From assembly GCA_902563305.1 (NCBI GenBank), contig CACEWP010000001.1, positions 207,886 through 271,885 on the forward strand: a DNA stretch of 64,000 nt, read 5' to 3'. Below the pieces are notes generated by a model. That model was not told the origin of the DNA and ran no database searches. It worked only from the letters and a program-made list of their open reading frames with translations. This document shows positions 56,824-64,000 of this stretch, one piece after another (within the stretch, counting starts at the first letter, position 1; every line of letters begins with the position of its first letter). Both the position numbers and the translations under genes were made by a program. This DNA is from an uncultured Alphaproteobacteria bacterium. GTDB taxonomy: Bacteria > Pseudomonadota > Alphaproteobacteria > Methylaequorales > Methylaequoraceae.

Positions 56824-57833
56824 AGTAATAAAGCTATTGATAATGCTGGAGCGTGGAAGGTTGCCTCTTTTCTTAATTGTGTTTTTTTGAAGAATTTTTG
56901 AAAATATACTACCTTAATTTTTTTTTTCTTAAAATATTCAAATAAAATATCCTGACCAATTCCTGAAACTATTATTGGAGCGTTAGTTAAATTATGTTTA
57001 TTTTTAAGTTTTTTAGTTGTACTAAATATTTTGTCAAGTTGAATTAAAGAAAGCTTTTTTGAGATAAGTTCTAATTTTCCTTTATTTTTTATTTCGTAAT
57101 CAAACCCAAAACTTCTTGAAACTCTAAGCAGGCTTTCCTTCAATGTCTTTTGAGTATTGTTAGCAGTGTCATCTAAGTCTACATTTTTATTTAATTTTTT
57201 TAGAATCCTATAAATGTCAGAGGTTGTGGAAAAAAACTCTGGAATAATATTTAGCAAATTATTTTTTAAGAGAAGTTGATTTGTTAAACCAAAGATGGGT
57301 GTACGAGTGTAACCAGTATATAGAAGTTCGTAATTATTTAATCTTGAAAAATCATCTGTATGCTCATTAATCAATTTATAATTTTTTATGCAAACGAAAT
57401 CTGTTGTTGTTGAACCAAAATCAATTAAAATTGCATTTTTTATTTTGGTTTCTATAAACTTACCGATTCCATGCCAATTCATTGATATGAGCTCTTTATA
57501 TTTAGGGTTTTTTGAAAAGAGTTTTTTAGAGCTTATGTAAAAATACTTGTCAAATTCTAAATATTTACACTCACTAATAATTTGATTAGCACCATGTTTT
57601 CTGCTTTTAAAATTATCACATAGCTCTGCAGACATAGTGATTGCACATTTAGCTGATTTGTTATTTATAGTTTTATTGATTTTTTGAAAGGCTATTTTGA
57701 GCTTTTCGATTCCTTCCCAAATTTTACATTTCGTGTATTTTACAAAAATAATTTCTTTATGAGAATTTAATCCAATTACTTTTAAATGGGCACCTCCAAT
57801 ATCGATTCCTAAATACTTAATTTCATGCATCAA
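56808..57833 (-). CDS. Hydantoinase/oxoprolinase-like (ASKHA fold) H4MPT-linked C1-transfer pathway protein, function unknown
   Basis: It has the N-terminal phosphate-1 motif LGIDIGGAHLKV and a later DFGSTTTD motif. Length is 341 aa. Its tail overlaps the convergent MfnB-like gene by 16 nt. Confidence 0.6.
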   Translation of the reverse strand: MMHEIKYLGIDIGGAHLKVIGLNSHKEIIFVKYTKCKIWEGIEKLKIAFQKINKTINNKSAKCAITMSAELCDNFKSRKHGANQIISECKYLEFDKYFYISSKKLFSKNPKYKELISMNWHGIGKFIETKIKNAILIDFGSTTTDFVCIKNYKLINEHTDDFSRLNNYELLYTGYTRTPIFGLTNQLLLKNNLLNIIPEFFSTTSDIYRILKKLNKNVDLDDTANNTQKTLKESLLRVSRSFGFDYEIKNKGKLELISKKLSLIQLDKIFSTTKKLKNKHNLTNAPIIVSGIGQDILFEYFKKKKIKVVYFQKFFKKTQLRKEATFHAPALSIALLLQELK

Positions 57834-58786
57834 AAGTAATATTTATATTTTTTAATAAACTTTGGAACAGATTTTTTTAATTTTTTAGTGATATAGAACT
57901 CAGTAATTTCTTTTAAAATTTTCGAGTCATAGGATTTATCTAGTCCACAATACGAACTTGTAAATCTGGAATTAATTTCTAGTATCAACCATTCACCTCC
58001 TTCTCTAACTATATCCACACCAATAAGACCAAAAAGACCTTTGAAGTTTTTACAAAGTTTATTTGCAAGTGTTTCAATCTCATCGCGATGATCTTCTAAC
58101 CCTCCCATTATACAACCTATCTGTTTTACTTTATTTGAGGTGTGCTCCAAAATTTGTTCATTACAGCAGACAACTTTAGATTTGCCACTTTTACACAACA
58201 TTAAAAAGCTTCCTTTTGTACCTTTGTAAAATCTTTGAACAATATAATTTTTATCCATTTTTAATAAGTTATTTTTTCTTATGAAAATTTTATCAGAACC
58301 AGCTCCATAGTTCGGTTTTATAATTACTTCTTCTTCATTGTGGGTTTTTGATTTATAAAAATTTACTGTGGGTATATTTAGTTGCTTTAAGATATTTATA
58401 GTTTCCGTTTTTGAAGCGAACGTTTTTAAAATTGTTTTTTTAGAACTCATTACATCAAATGCTTTAGGTATGCTTGAATGAAGCTTGATGGATAGCTTTT
58501 TAGTTTCTGGAGCTATAATTAATAATTTATTATCAGTGTTTAGTTTTTTTAAAATATCAATGTATTCTGTTTTAGGGTTGGTATATAAAATTTTAATTTT
58601 TTTAGAATTTCCAACTTTGAATTTTTCGTTTCTTATGACAAAGATTTTTTTAACTTGGTGATTGTTAATAAAGTTTTTAATAATTGAATTTGAAATATTT
58701 AAAGCTTCTTTTAGTATTTCTCTGTCTTTATATAAATTAATATAAGACTGAGATGTAAAATGCTCTAAAAGGATAATATTTGACAT
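57830..58786 (-). CDS. ATP-grasp ligase (MfnD-like tyramine--glutamate ligase candidate)
   Basis: 318 aa. The C-terminal ATP-grasp core is GLIGVDIV..GGEWLILEINSRFT. It overlaps the downstream hydantoinase-like gene by 4 nt. Confidence 0.55.
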   Translation of the reverse strand: MSNIILLEHFTSQSYINLYKDREILKEALNISNSIIKNFINNHQVKKIFVIRNEKFKVGNSKKIKILYTNPKTEYIDILKKLNTDNKLLIIAPETKKLSIKLHSSIPKAFDVMSSKKTILKTFASKTETINILKQLNIPTVNFYKSKTHNEEEVIIKPNYGAGSDKIFIRKNNLLKMDKNYIVQRFYKGTKGSFLMLCKSGKSKVVCCNEQILEHTSNKVKQIGCIMGGLEDHRDEIETLANKLCKNFKGLFGLIGVDIVREGGEWLILEINSRFTSSYCGLDKSYDSKILKEITEFYITKKLKKSVPKFIKKYKYYF

Positions 58787-58800
58787 TAGAAAAAGTGATT

Positions 58801-59496
58801 ATGCAGATTATATTAGCAGTTGATATTGTAGAAGGTAAAGTGGTAAAAGCATTTGCAGGTATTCGGTCCAACTATAAACCACTGTTTTTAAATCATAAAG
58901 ATTATTCCAATCCTTTAGTCCTAATAAAAGAAATAGTTAAAAGAACAAATTTAAAAAAAATTTATATAGCTGATATTGATGCAATCAGTAAGACTGGAGA
59001 TAATAGTATTTTAATAGATAAAATTCTAAATAATTTCCCAAATTTAACTTTTCTAATTGATGCTGGTTTTCAGTATCCTGTAAGTGTTTATAATTATCAC
59101 AAGAGAAAATTTTTGAAAAAAATTGAGAACTATAAAGTTGTTTTAGGAACTGAAACAATTAAAAATTATAATTTAAAATCTTATAAATTTTCAAAAAAAT
59201 TTGAACTTTCAATCGATTTTAATGGAAAAGAATCTGAATGGTTAAAGAGAATCAGAAAAGAAAAATATCCCATGGATATAATTTTAATGTTTTTAGATAA
59301 AGTTGGTGGAAGAGGACTCAATTTTAAGTTTATTAAGAAACTATATCGTAAACTCTCCAATCATAATTTATCTATCGCTGGTGGTATAAAAACTGAGCAA
59401 GAAATAAAACAGTTATCGAGAATGGGGTTTGTAGGTGTTCTATCCGCAACCATGATTCATAAAAAATTATCTAGGGACAGTATATTGAGTCCCTAG
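58801..59496 (+). CDS. HisA/HisF-related TIM-barrel protein of the H4MPT cluster, function unknown
   Basis: MQIILAVDIVEGKVVKAF... is HisA-like, and a C-terminal AGGIKT phosphate-binding motif is present. ATG 58801 is preferred over TTG 58780. Confidence 0.6.
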   Translation: MQIILAVDIVEGKVVKAFAGIRSNYKPLFLNHKDYSNPLVLIKEIVKRTNLKKIYIADIDAISKTGDNSILIDKILNNFPNLTFLIDAGFQYPVSVYNYHKRKFLKKIENYKVVLGTETIKNYNLKSYKFSKKFELSIDFNGKESEWLKRIRKEKYPMDIILMFLDKVGGRGLNFKFIKKLYRKLSNHNLSIAGGIKTEQEIKQLSRMGFVGVLSATMIHKKLSRDSILSP

Positions 59497-59532
59497 AATT
59501 TATTTGCTTTTAAAAAATGAGAACAACCTTGA

Positions 59533-59568
59533 AAGCCATCCGCCATCATTAGCTTTATTTGATGGCTT
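59533..59568. terminator. Inverted repeat between the convergent HisA-like and fae genes (possible terminator)
   Basis: AAGCCATC-(20 nt)-GATGGCTT forms an 8-bp perfect stem. The loop is long and no U-run follows directly, so the call is weak. Confidence 0.3.
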
Positions 59569-59583
59569 CATGTCGGATGTATT

Positions 59584-60093
59584 TCATTTTGCTGCAAAAG
59601 GGTGTTCTGCAGAATCTTTCTCAGAAACAACATCTTTTGCTTTTGGTTCGCCTGCCACTGCTCTTTCTATTGATTCTTTAGTGGCTTTATAATTGTACTC
59701 TTGAATTTTTTTATCATCTTCCGCAAGCCAATGTATAAAAACACCAACAGATATAAATAAATCGTCAGCTTCATCTGCAGGAATTGTCCCCTCAGCAACA
59801 CAATCCATAACAGCTTTTGCAACACCGTGTTGTGCAGGACCAAACATTTGGACAGCTTGTTTTGCTCCTTTGATAGTTACTTTATTAAACATACATGTAG
59901 CGGGCTTAGTCATTAAGTTGGGTGCAACCACAGCTAAGAGAGCTGTAAATCCATCTTTGTTGTTAGTTAAGCTATTTGCAAATGCAGTTTCAGCTGGAGT
60001 ACCCCTTGGTCCTATGATTAGGTCGATGTGTGCGACTTCATTACCATCACCAACTAGAGATTCTCCAACAAGCATTTTTGTGATTTTTGCCAT
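59584..60093 (-). CDS. fae: Formaldehyde-activating enzyme
   Basis: 169 aa and near-colinear with known Fae: [31 protein letters not shown]...[11 protein letters not shown]...GVFIHW...HPFAAK. It has a strong SD, AAGGAGGAAATATG. Confidence 0.95.
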   Translation of the reverse strand: MAKITKMLVGESLVGDGNEVAHIDLIIGPRGTPAETAFANSLTNNKDGFTALLAVVAPNLMTKPATCMFNKVTIKGAKQAVQMFGPAQHGVAKAVMDCVAEGTIPADEADDLFISVGVFIHWLAEDDKKIQEYNYKATKESIERAVAGEPKAKDVVSEKDSAEHPFAAK

Positions 60094-60135
60094 ATTTCCT
60101 CCTTATAAGGTTACTATAGTGTCCTTTACAAACTT

Positions 60136-60978
60136 TTATAAAGGATGTTTGAATATATCTTTAATTTTGTATATTAGCAAGGTTGTTACAGTTAAATCAG
60201 CACAAGTACCTGGATTAGAGTGAAATTTTTTCAGATAATGATCAAATTCTTTTATTAAATTTTCATTATTTTTAAAGGTTTTAAATTTTTTTTTAAACTG
60301 CAATCCCATTTTCATAACAATGTCAGCTCTTTTTTGACCAATTTTTCTTTGAATATGACTATCCGTGGAATTTCCTAAAAAATTTAAATATAATATTTGA
60401 ATAGCTTTATTAATTGCAATTTTGTTTTTAAGTAGTTTAAGAATTGGTAATCCAAAATCAAAGATTTCTTTGTAATTTTCAATATAGCATCTTGAAACCC
60501 TATCCCATTTTGATCCAACACTCATGATTTCATAAAAACTCAGGTTATTAGATGTAAAAATATTTCCAATCCCTTCATACTTATTAATGCCAGCAGGTTT
60601 AACAAATTCTATTGCTCTAAGAATTAGTTTGCCATCTTTTTTTGAAATTGAGGATAGTAAATTTTTCAACTCAAGTTTAAAGTTATTAACTTTATCTTTC
60701 AAACAAACTCTTAGAATAGGTGCACATAGCATTATAATTCCAAGGTTGTAGTTTGAGTTAAGTTGTGTTTTGCAACTTTTTGCAGAATAAAAAATTGCCT
60801 CTCCAAGTGAAAGTTTTTTATTAGTTAAATATTCCGATGAAATTTTAGCTGCATATTTAAATTTTATTTCCGACATACCTGGTATTGAAGAAAATAAGCT
60901 ATGATTTCCTGGTTTAAAAACTTTTAATTCATCACAACAAGTTTGGAAGTAAATATTTTTTAAGATTTTGGAGTTCAT
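60136..60978 (-). CDS. Triphosphoribosyl-dephospho-CoA synthase (CitG/MdcB)-family protein of the H4MPT cluster
   Basis: 280 aa helical protein. The CitG-like pattern includes a Pro-Gly-containing N-terminal region and the motif NPGTCADL near the C-terminus. It is embedded between the RimK-like ligase and fae. Confidence 0.55.
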   Translation of the reverse strand: MNSKILKNIYFQTCCDELKVFKPGNHSLFSSIPGMSEIKFKYAAKISSEYLTNKKLSLGEAIFYSAKSCKTQLNSNYNLGIIMLCAPILRVCLKDKVNNFKLELKNLLSSISKKDGKLILRAIEFVKPAGINKYEGIGNIFTSNNLSFYEIMSVGSKWDRVSRCYIENYKEIFDFGLPILKLLKNKIAINKAIQILYLNFLGNSTDSHIQRKIGQKRADIVMKMGLQFKKKFKTFKNNENLIKEFDHYLKKFHSNPGTCADLTVTTLLIYKIKDIFKHPL

Positions 60979-61829
60979 TTAATTTTTTTTAGAAAATCAT
61001 TCACTAAAATTTGTGAGATATTTTTATTTTCTACTCCTTGAATAGCCTTCCAAGAGGGAATACTGTTAACCTCTAAAACGTAATACTTTTTTCTAAAATA
61101 TTTTATATCAATTCCTCCGTAACCCAGTTTAAAGATTTTAGATACCTTTATGCTAATTTTTTCCAATTCTTCTGTTATTGGTAGCTTGCTAACTGATGCT
61201 CCTTGAAAGGCATTTGTGAACATTATTTTGGAAGTTCTTTTCATAACTGAGACTGGCTTATGATTACTGATTAAAACTCTTATGTCAGAATAATTATTTT
61301 GATTAGGATTACCAATAAATGTCTGAAGATATGATACATTCCCAATAACATTTGTCTTATTTAATTTTGACTTAGAGTTTATAAATGAAATATCCTTACC
61401 TTGAGATCCAAAAATTGGTTTTAATAAATAGTTTCTTTTCTTAAATCTGGTAATTTTTCCAATCTCAACAATTGTTTGAGGCGAGTTAATTTCATTTATT
61501 TTTAACAATCCTGTGGTTCTGACCTTATCGACAGTAGTCTCTATAACTTTTGGTGAATTATGAATGTATATGCCTGTTTCTTCTAAGAGGTGCAAAAAAG
61601 TTAGTTTTGTTGTAATTTCCTCTAAAGGGCCATTATTAATAAATCTTAACCATATTCCTCTAATTTTTTTGAACTCTGGGTTTAGAAAATTTTTTGCTCT
61701 GTTATTGAAGTCGGCTCGCAGTTGATTAAATTTAATTTTAAGAACTGCATATCCTTTTTTTTTAAATGAAGTCTCTAATTGTTCACTATGCCAATCATGT
61801 ATATCACCAATTATTGCTATAGTTGGCAT
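60975..61829 (-). CDS. RimK-type ATP-grasp alpha-L-glutamate ligase (MptN-like)
   Basis: 284 aa. It has RimK-like LKPIFGSQGKDI and a C-terminal YVLEVNSIPSWK motif. It overlaps both neighbours. Confidence 0.65.
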   Translation of the reverse strand: MPTIAIIGDIHDWHSEQLETSFKKKGYAVLKIKFNQLRADFNNRAKNFLNPEFKKIRGIWLRFINNGPLEEITTKLTFLHLLEETGIYIHNSPKVIETTVDKVRTTGLLKINEINSPQTIVEIGKITRFKKRNYLLKPIFGSQGKDISFINSKSKLNKTNVIGNVSYLQTFIGNPNQNNYSDIRVLISNHKPVSVMKRTSKIMFTNAFQGASVSKLPITEELEKISIKVSKIFKLGYGGIDIKYFRKKYYVLEVNSIPSWKAIQGVENKNISQILVNDFLKKIK

Positions 61830-61830
61830 T

Positions 61831-62787
61831 TTAGGATGTAAAAGACTTTTCTAATAAATCAGGTTTAACTTCGCCTGATAAATAAGATTTTCCAGATTTT
61901 TTAGAATTAATTAAAACACTTGCAGGACTAAATAAAGAGCCGTCTATTTTATAAAAATCTTTTTTATAGTCTAAAAAGATTTGCTTGAAGGGCTTCCCAT
62001 AATCTTGAGAATTATAACTAGGAAGTTCATTAGAAAGTTTTATTATTTCATCCTCATCCGCATCTACACAAAGACTAACTTTACCTCCATAAATTATTGC
62101 ATCATTTGTTCTACCCATACCTGAAATAAAATCTTTTGCAACTGGAGGGATTGGGGCTGTAGCAAATCCATAAAGAACTTTCTCCAGAGGAAACTTCAGT
62201 TCATGGATTTTATGGATTGCAACCTCTAACACTCTTGCCACTACTTGAATTGTTCCACAGATTGAGGTTGTAGGAGTGAGAATGAAAGTTATATCTTGAG
62301 TTTCAATTTTACAATCAGAGGAAATTTTTTTGACAATTTCCTTAGGGGGTGGCTTATCAACCTCTAATATTATACAAGTTGATGAACTTTTATCTTTATA
62401 TTTTAGTTCAGAAAAGATCTCTTCCTTTTGCGCTAATGATCTAGCAGGCCCAGAGCCTAATGAGAAAAAATCCTCATGACTTAAACTCCATCCAGCATAC
62501 TGAGAGCCTAAACAAGCAAGCACAGGATTGGAAGCATGAACTGAAATGTTACTAAATGAAGACTTTAGACCAAAAGATGGAGAAATGTTTACACTTCCTA
62601 ATCCACCCAAACAGATCTCAGAAATTTTTATTCCCGCCTCTATGCTACCTGAAGTATTTATTCCAGCATCTAAGATATTAGAATTTAATGGTCCTTTACA
62701 TTTTATCAGTCCAAGGATTTCTGATTTATATATTAGATTATCAAGCAAAATATTTGTTTGTTTGTTAATGCTATATTCCATTGTCAA
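61831..62787 (-). CDS. mch: Methenyl-tetrahydromethanopterin cyclohydrolase
   Basis: 318 aa. Typical Mch pattern (GLGSVNI..., ACLGSQYAGW, GSGPARSLAQKEE), in context next to fae and H4MPT genes. Confidence 0.85.
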   Translation of the reverse strand: MTMEYSINKQTNILLDNLIYKSEILGLIKCKGPLNSNILDAGINTSGSIEAGIKISEICLGGLGSVNISPSFGLKSSFSNISVHASNPVLACLGSQYAGWSLSHEDFFSLGSGPARSLAQKEEIFSELKYKDKSSSTCIILEVDKPPPKEIVKKISSDCKIETQDITFILTPTTSICGTIQVVARVLEVAIHKIHELKFPLEKVLYGFATAPIPPVAKDFISGMGRTNDAIIYGGKVSLCVDADEDEIIKLSNELPSYNSQDYGKPFKQIFLDYKKDFYKIDGSLFSPASVLINSKKSGKSYLSGEVKPDLLEKSFTS

Positions 62788-62788
62788 T

Positions 62789-63853
62789 TTAATTGAGATT
62801 TTTAATGATTTTATACGACATTTTTTCTAATTTTTCTCTTAGAATTTCAACTTTTTTTGACTTTTTGTGAATTAAGCAGATAGGCTCATTAATTTTTATT
62901 ATTTGATTATTTACAGGTAATTCAGAATAAGAGTTATTATTTCCTAGACTTTCAATAAATTCAAAGTTTTTTTTTTCTATAATAATTCTTTTGTTACTGT
63001 AAACAATTTTAGTTCCAAAAGAGAATTTTGAGTTTAAACTTTTTTTAGAGAATGTATTTTTATATATATTATTGTAGATTTTATAGATCATATTTGTACT
63101 CAATCCCGGTCTAGCGTTTAATTCAATTACAAAAATTTTTTTTGTCTTTTTCTGTAAAACTAAATCCAAATTATTTATCCCATTTAGTTCAAATAAACTT
63201 CCTATTAAATTACATATTTTTTTTATTCGTTCAAAAATTTTTAAATCTACCTTTTTAGACACAATAGTTTCAATAATAAAAGGATTGAGATTATCTTCTT
63301 TGAAATATTGATTGCAGATCGAAAGTACTTTTATTCTTAGTTTATCACAAAAAAATTGGACTGATATGTGCTCTCCAATTATTTCTTCTTGGTAATATTC
63401 TGACTCTTTCAAATTTTTTCCTGAAAAATGATTAAAAACCATATACCCGCCATAAGATTGGAAGTCTTTAACCAAACATTTTTTTGAGAAAGGTTTGGTT
63501 AAAGACCATCTAGGAATATTGATATTATATTTTTTTAGTTCTTGAAAAAATTTCTGGGATCTTATTAGCTTATGTTTTTTGATTGTATTGCCTCTATCAA
63601 ATTTATTTATCGAAATTGATTGCAGAGAAAGGTGTTCAGAAAAGCCTGACCCTATCAGAATTTCAAGATTTTCTTTATTTTTAATTTTTTCAATAAAATT
63701 TTTTATTTTTAAATCTTCACCAAAGTTTAAACATATAATTTTGTCGCAATATTTTTTTAGATTGAGACTAATATATTTGCAAACCACAAACACTTTATAG
63801 TTTAATTTGAAAAAAATTTTTGCCAAATCTTCACAAGATGAGGCAATTATCAA
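62789..63853 (-). CDS. ATP-grasp carboligase-like protein of the H4MPT cluster (orf5-type)
   Basis: 354 aa with the ATP-grasp core IFVIELNARPG. It has an apparent TTG start, with the in-frame stop only 7 codons upstream. Confidence 0.6.
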   Translation of the reverse strand: MIIASSCEDLAKIFFKLNYKVFVVCKYISLNLKKYCDKIICLNFGEDLKIKNFIEKIKNKENLEILIGSGFSEHLSLQSISINKFDRGNTIKKHKLIRSQKFFQELKKYNINIPRWSLTKPFSKKCLVKDFQSYGGYMVFNHFSGKNLKESEYYQEEIIGEHISVQFFCDKLRIKVLSICNQYFKEDNLNPFIIETIVSKKVDLKIFERIKKICNLIGSLFELNGINNLDLVLQKKTKKIFVIELNARPGLSTNMIYKIYNNIYKNTFSKKSLNSKFSFGTKIVYSNKRIIIEKKNFEFIESLGNNNSYSELPVNNQIIKINEPICLIHKKSKKVEILREKLEKMSYKIIKNLN

Positions 63854-63863
63854 AATTTTTTTT

Positions 63864-64000
63864 TTAATGGCTTAATACTTCTCTTGCTGTTATCAGTGCT
63901 TCATCAAAATTTAGATAAAGTGGTTTGTCTGTAGAACACATTTTTTCAAACATTCTGTATTGAGTTTTAACTTTTATGTCACCTGATGTAAGTGGTCCAA
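63864..64000 (-). CDS. 3' end of a further minus-strand gene running off the window (possibly methylene-H4MPT dehydrogenase MtdB)
   Basis: My own translation of the minus strand gives ...GPLTSGDIKVKTQYRMFEKMCSTDKPLYLNFDEALITAREVLSH followed by a stop (TAA at 63864-63866). The MtdB guess comes only from the usual mtdB-mch neighbourhood. Confidence 0.35.
   Translation of the reverse strand, partial: GPLTSGDIKVKTQYRMFEKMCSTDKPLYLNFDEALITAREVLSH

Noticed and set aside
59504-59692. A 62-aa plus-strand ORF overlapping the 3' end of fae.
   Set aside because: It is antisense to a near-consensus fae and has no SD or recognisable sequence, so it is a shadow ORF. The inverted repeat within it is recorded separately as a weak terminator candidate.
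37619-64000. The methylotrophy block as a horizontally acquired genomic island or mobile element.
   Set aside because: There is no integrase, transposase, flanking tRNA or direct repeats at either border. Most of its genes share the AT-richness and tight packing of the core half. Only the highly expressed genes deviate in composition. The right border is outside the window, so this is not fully excluded.
1-64000. CRISPR arrays, rRNA genes, IS elements, prophage genes, toxin-antitoxin pairs and defence systems.
   Set aside because: I scanned both the ORF list and the intergenic DNA and saw no regularly spaced repeats, nuclease/helicase/methyltransferase gene sets, or small paired ORFs. Intergenic space is almost nil outside 26741-27075 and 50025-50465.

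Overview
The window is visibly AT-rich (about 30% G+C by eye, not computed) and extremely gene-dense. Most gene junctions are 1-20 nt overlaps or gaps under 50 nt. The conserved gene strings (ffs-dnaX-ybaB-recR, def-fmt-truA, rpmH-rnpA-yidC-engB-argB, dapD-dapE, apaG-metZ) look alphaproteobacterial. My guess is a streamlined marine oligotroph, which cannot be verified without a database search.

nt 1-37,600 is housekeeping: an M17 aminopeptidase, the yejABEF peptide ABC importer, kdsB, pheA, SRP RNA, replication and recombination genes, arginine, lysine and pantothenate biosynthesis, ggt, tRNA-Arg(ACG), class I ribonucleotide reductase, mscS, trkH and metZ.

nt 37,600-64,000 is one contiguous methylotrophy island containing:
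- an ABC module with the gene content and order of the lanthanide-uptake systems pedA1A2BC / lutABEF, followed by two uncharacterised secreted proteins;
- pqqABCDE;
- pseudoazurin;
- xoxF-xoxG-xoxJ, where xoxF carries the lanthanide-type DYD signature;
- a SoxY-SoxZ fusion carrier;
- two unknown exported proteins;
- a tetrahydromethanopterin/methanofuran cofactor-biosynthesis and C1-transfer cluster (fae, mch, several ATP-grasp ligases, MfnB/E/F-like, DmrB-like flavoprotein, CitG-like, HisA-like and hydantoinase-like genes) that runs off the 3' edge.

I found no rRNA, CRISPR, transposase or integrase, obvious pseudogene, or recognisable transcription factor.

The best candidates for undescribed biology are:
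- the receptor-less lanthanide-uptake module and its very acidic, ligand-less cupredoxin-like protein (41439-41858);
- the SoxYZ-like carrier and the exported gene pair next to xoxF;
- the still function-less enzymes of the H4MPT/methanofuran cluster.

All calls come from reading the translated ORFs and the DNA by eye. No searches or folding programs were run, and several start codons were moved from the ORF track where signal peptides, neighbouring genes or ribosome-binding sites argued for it.
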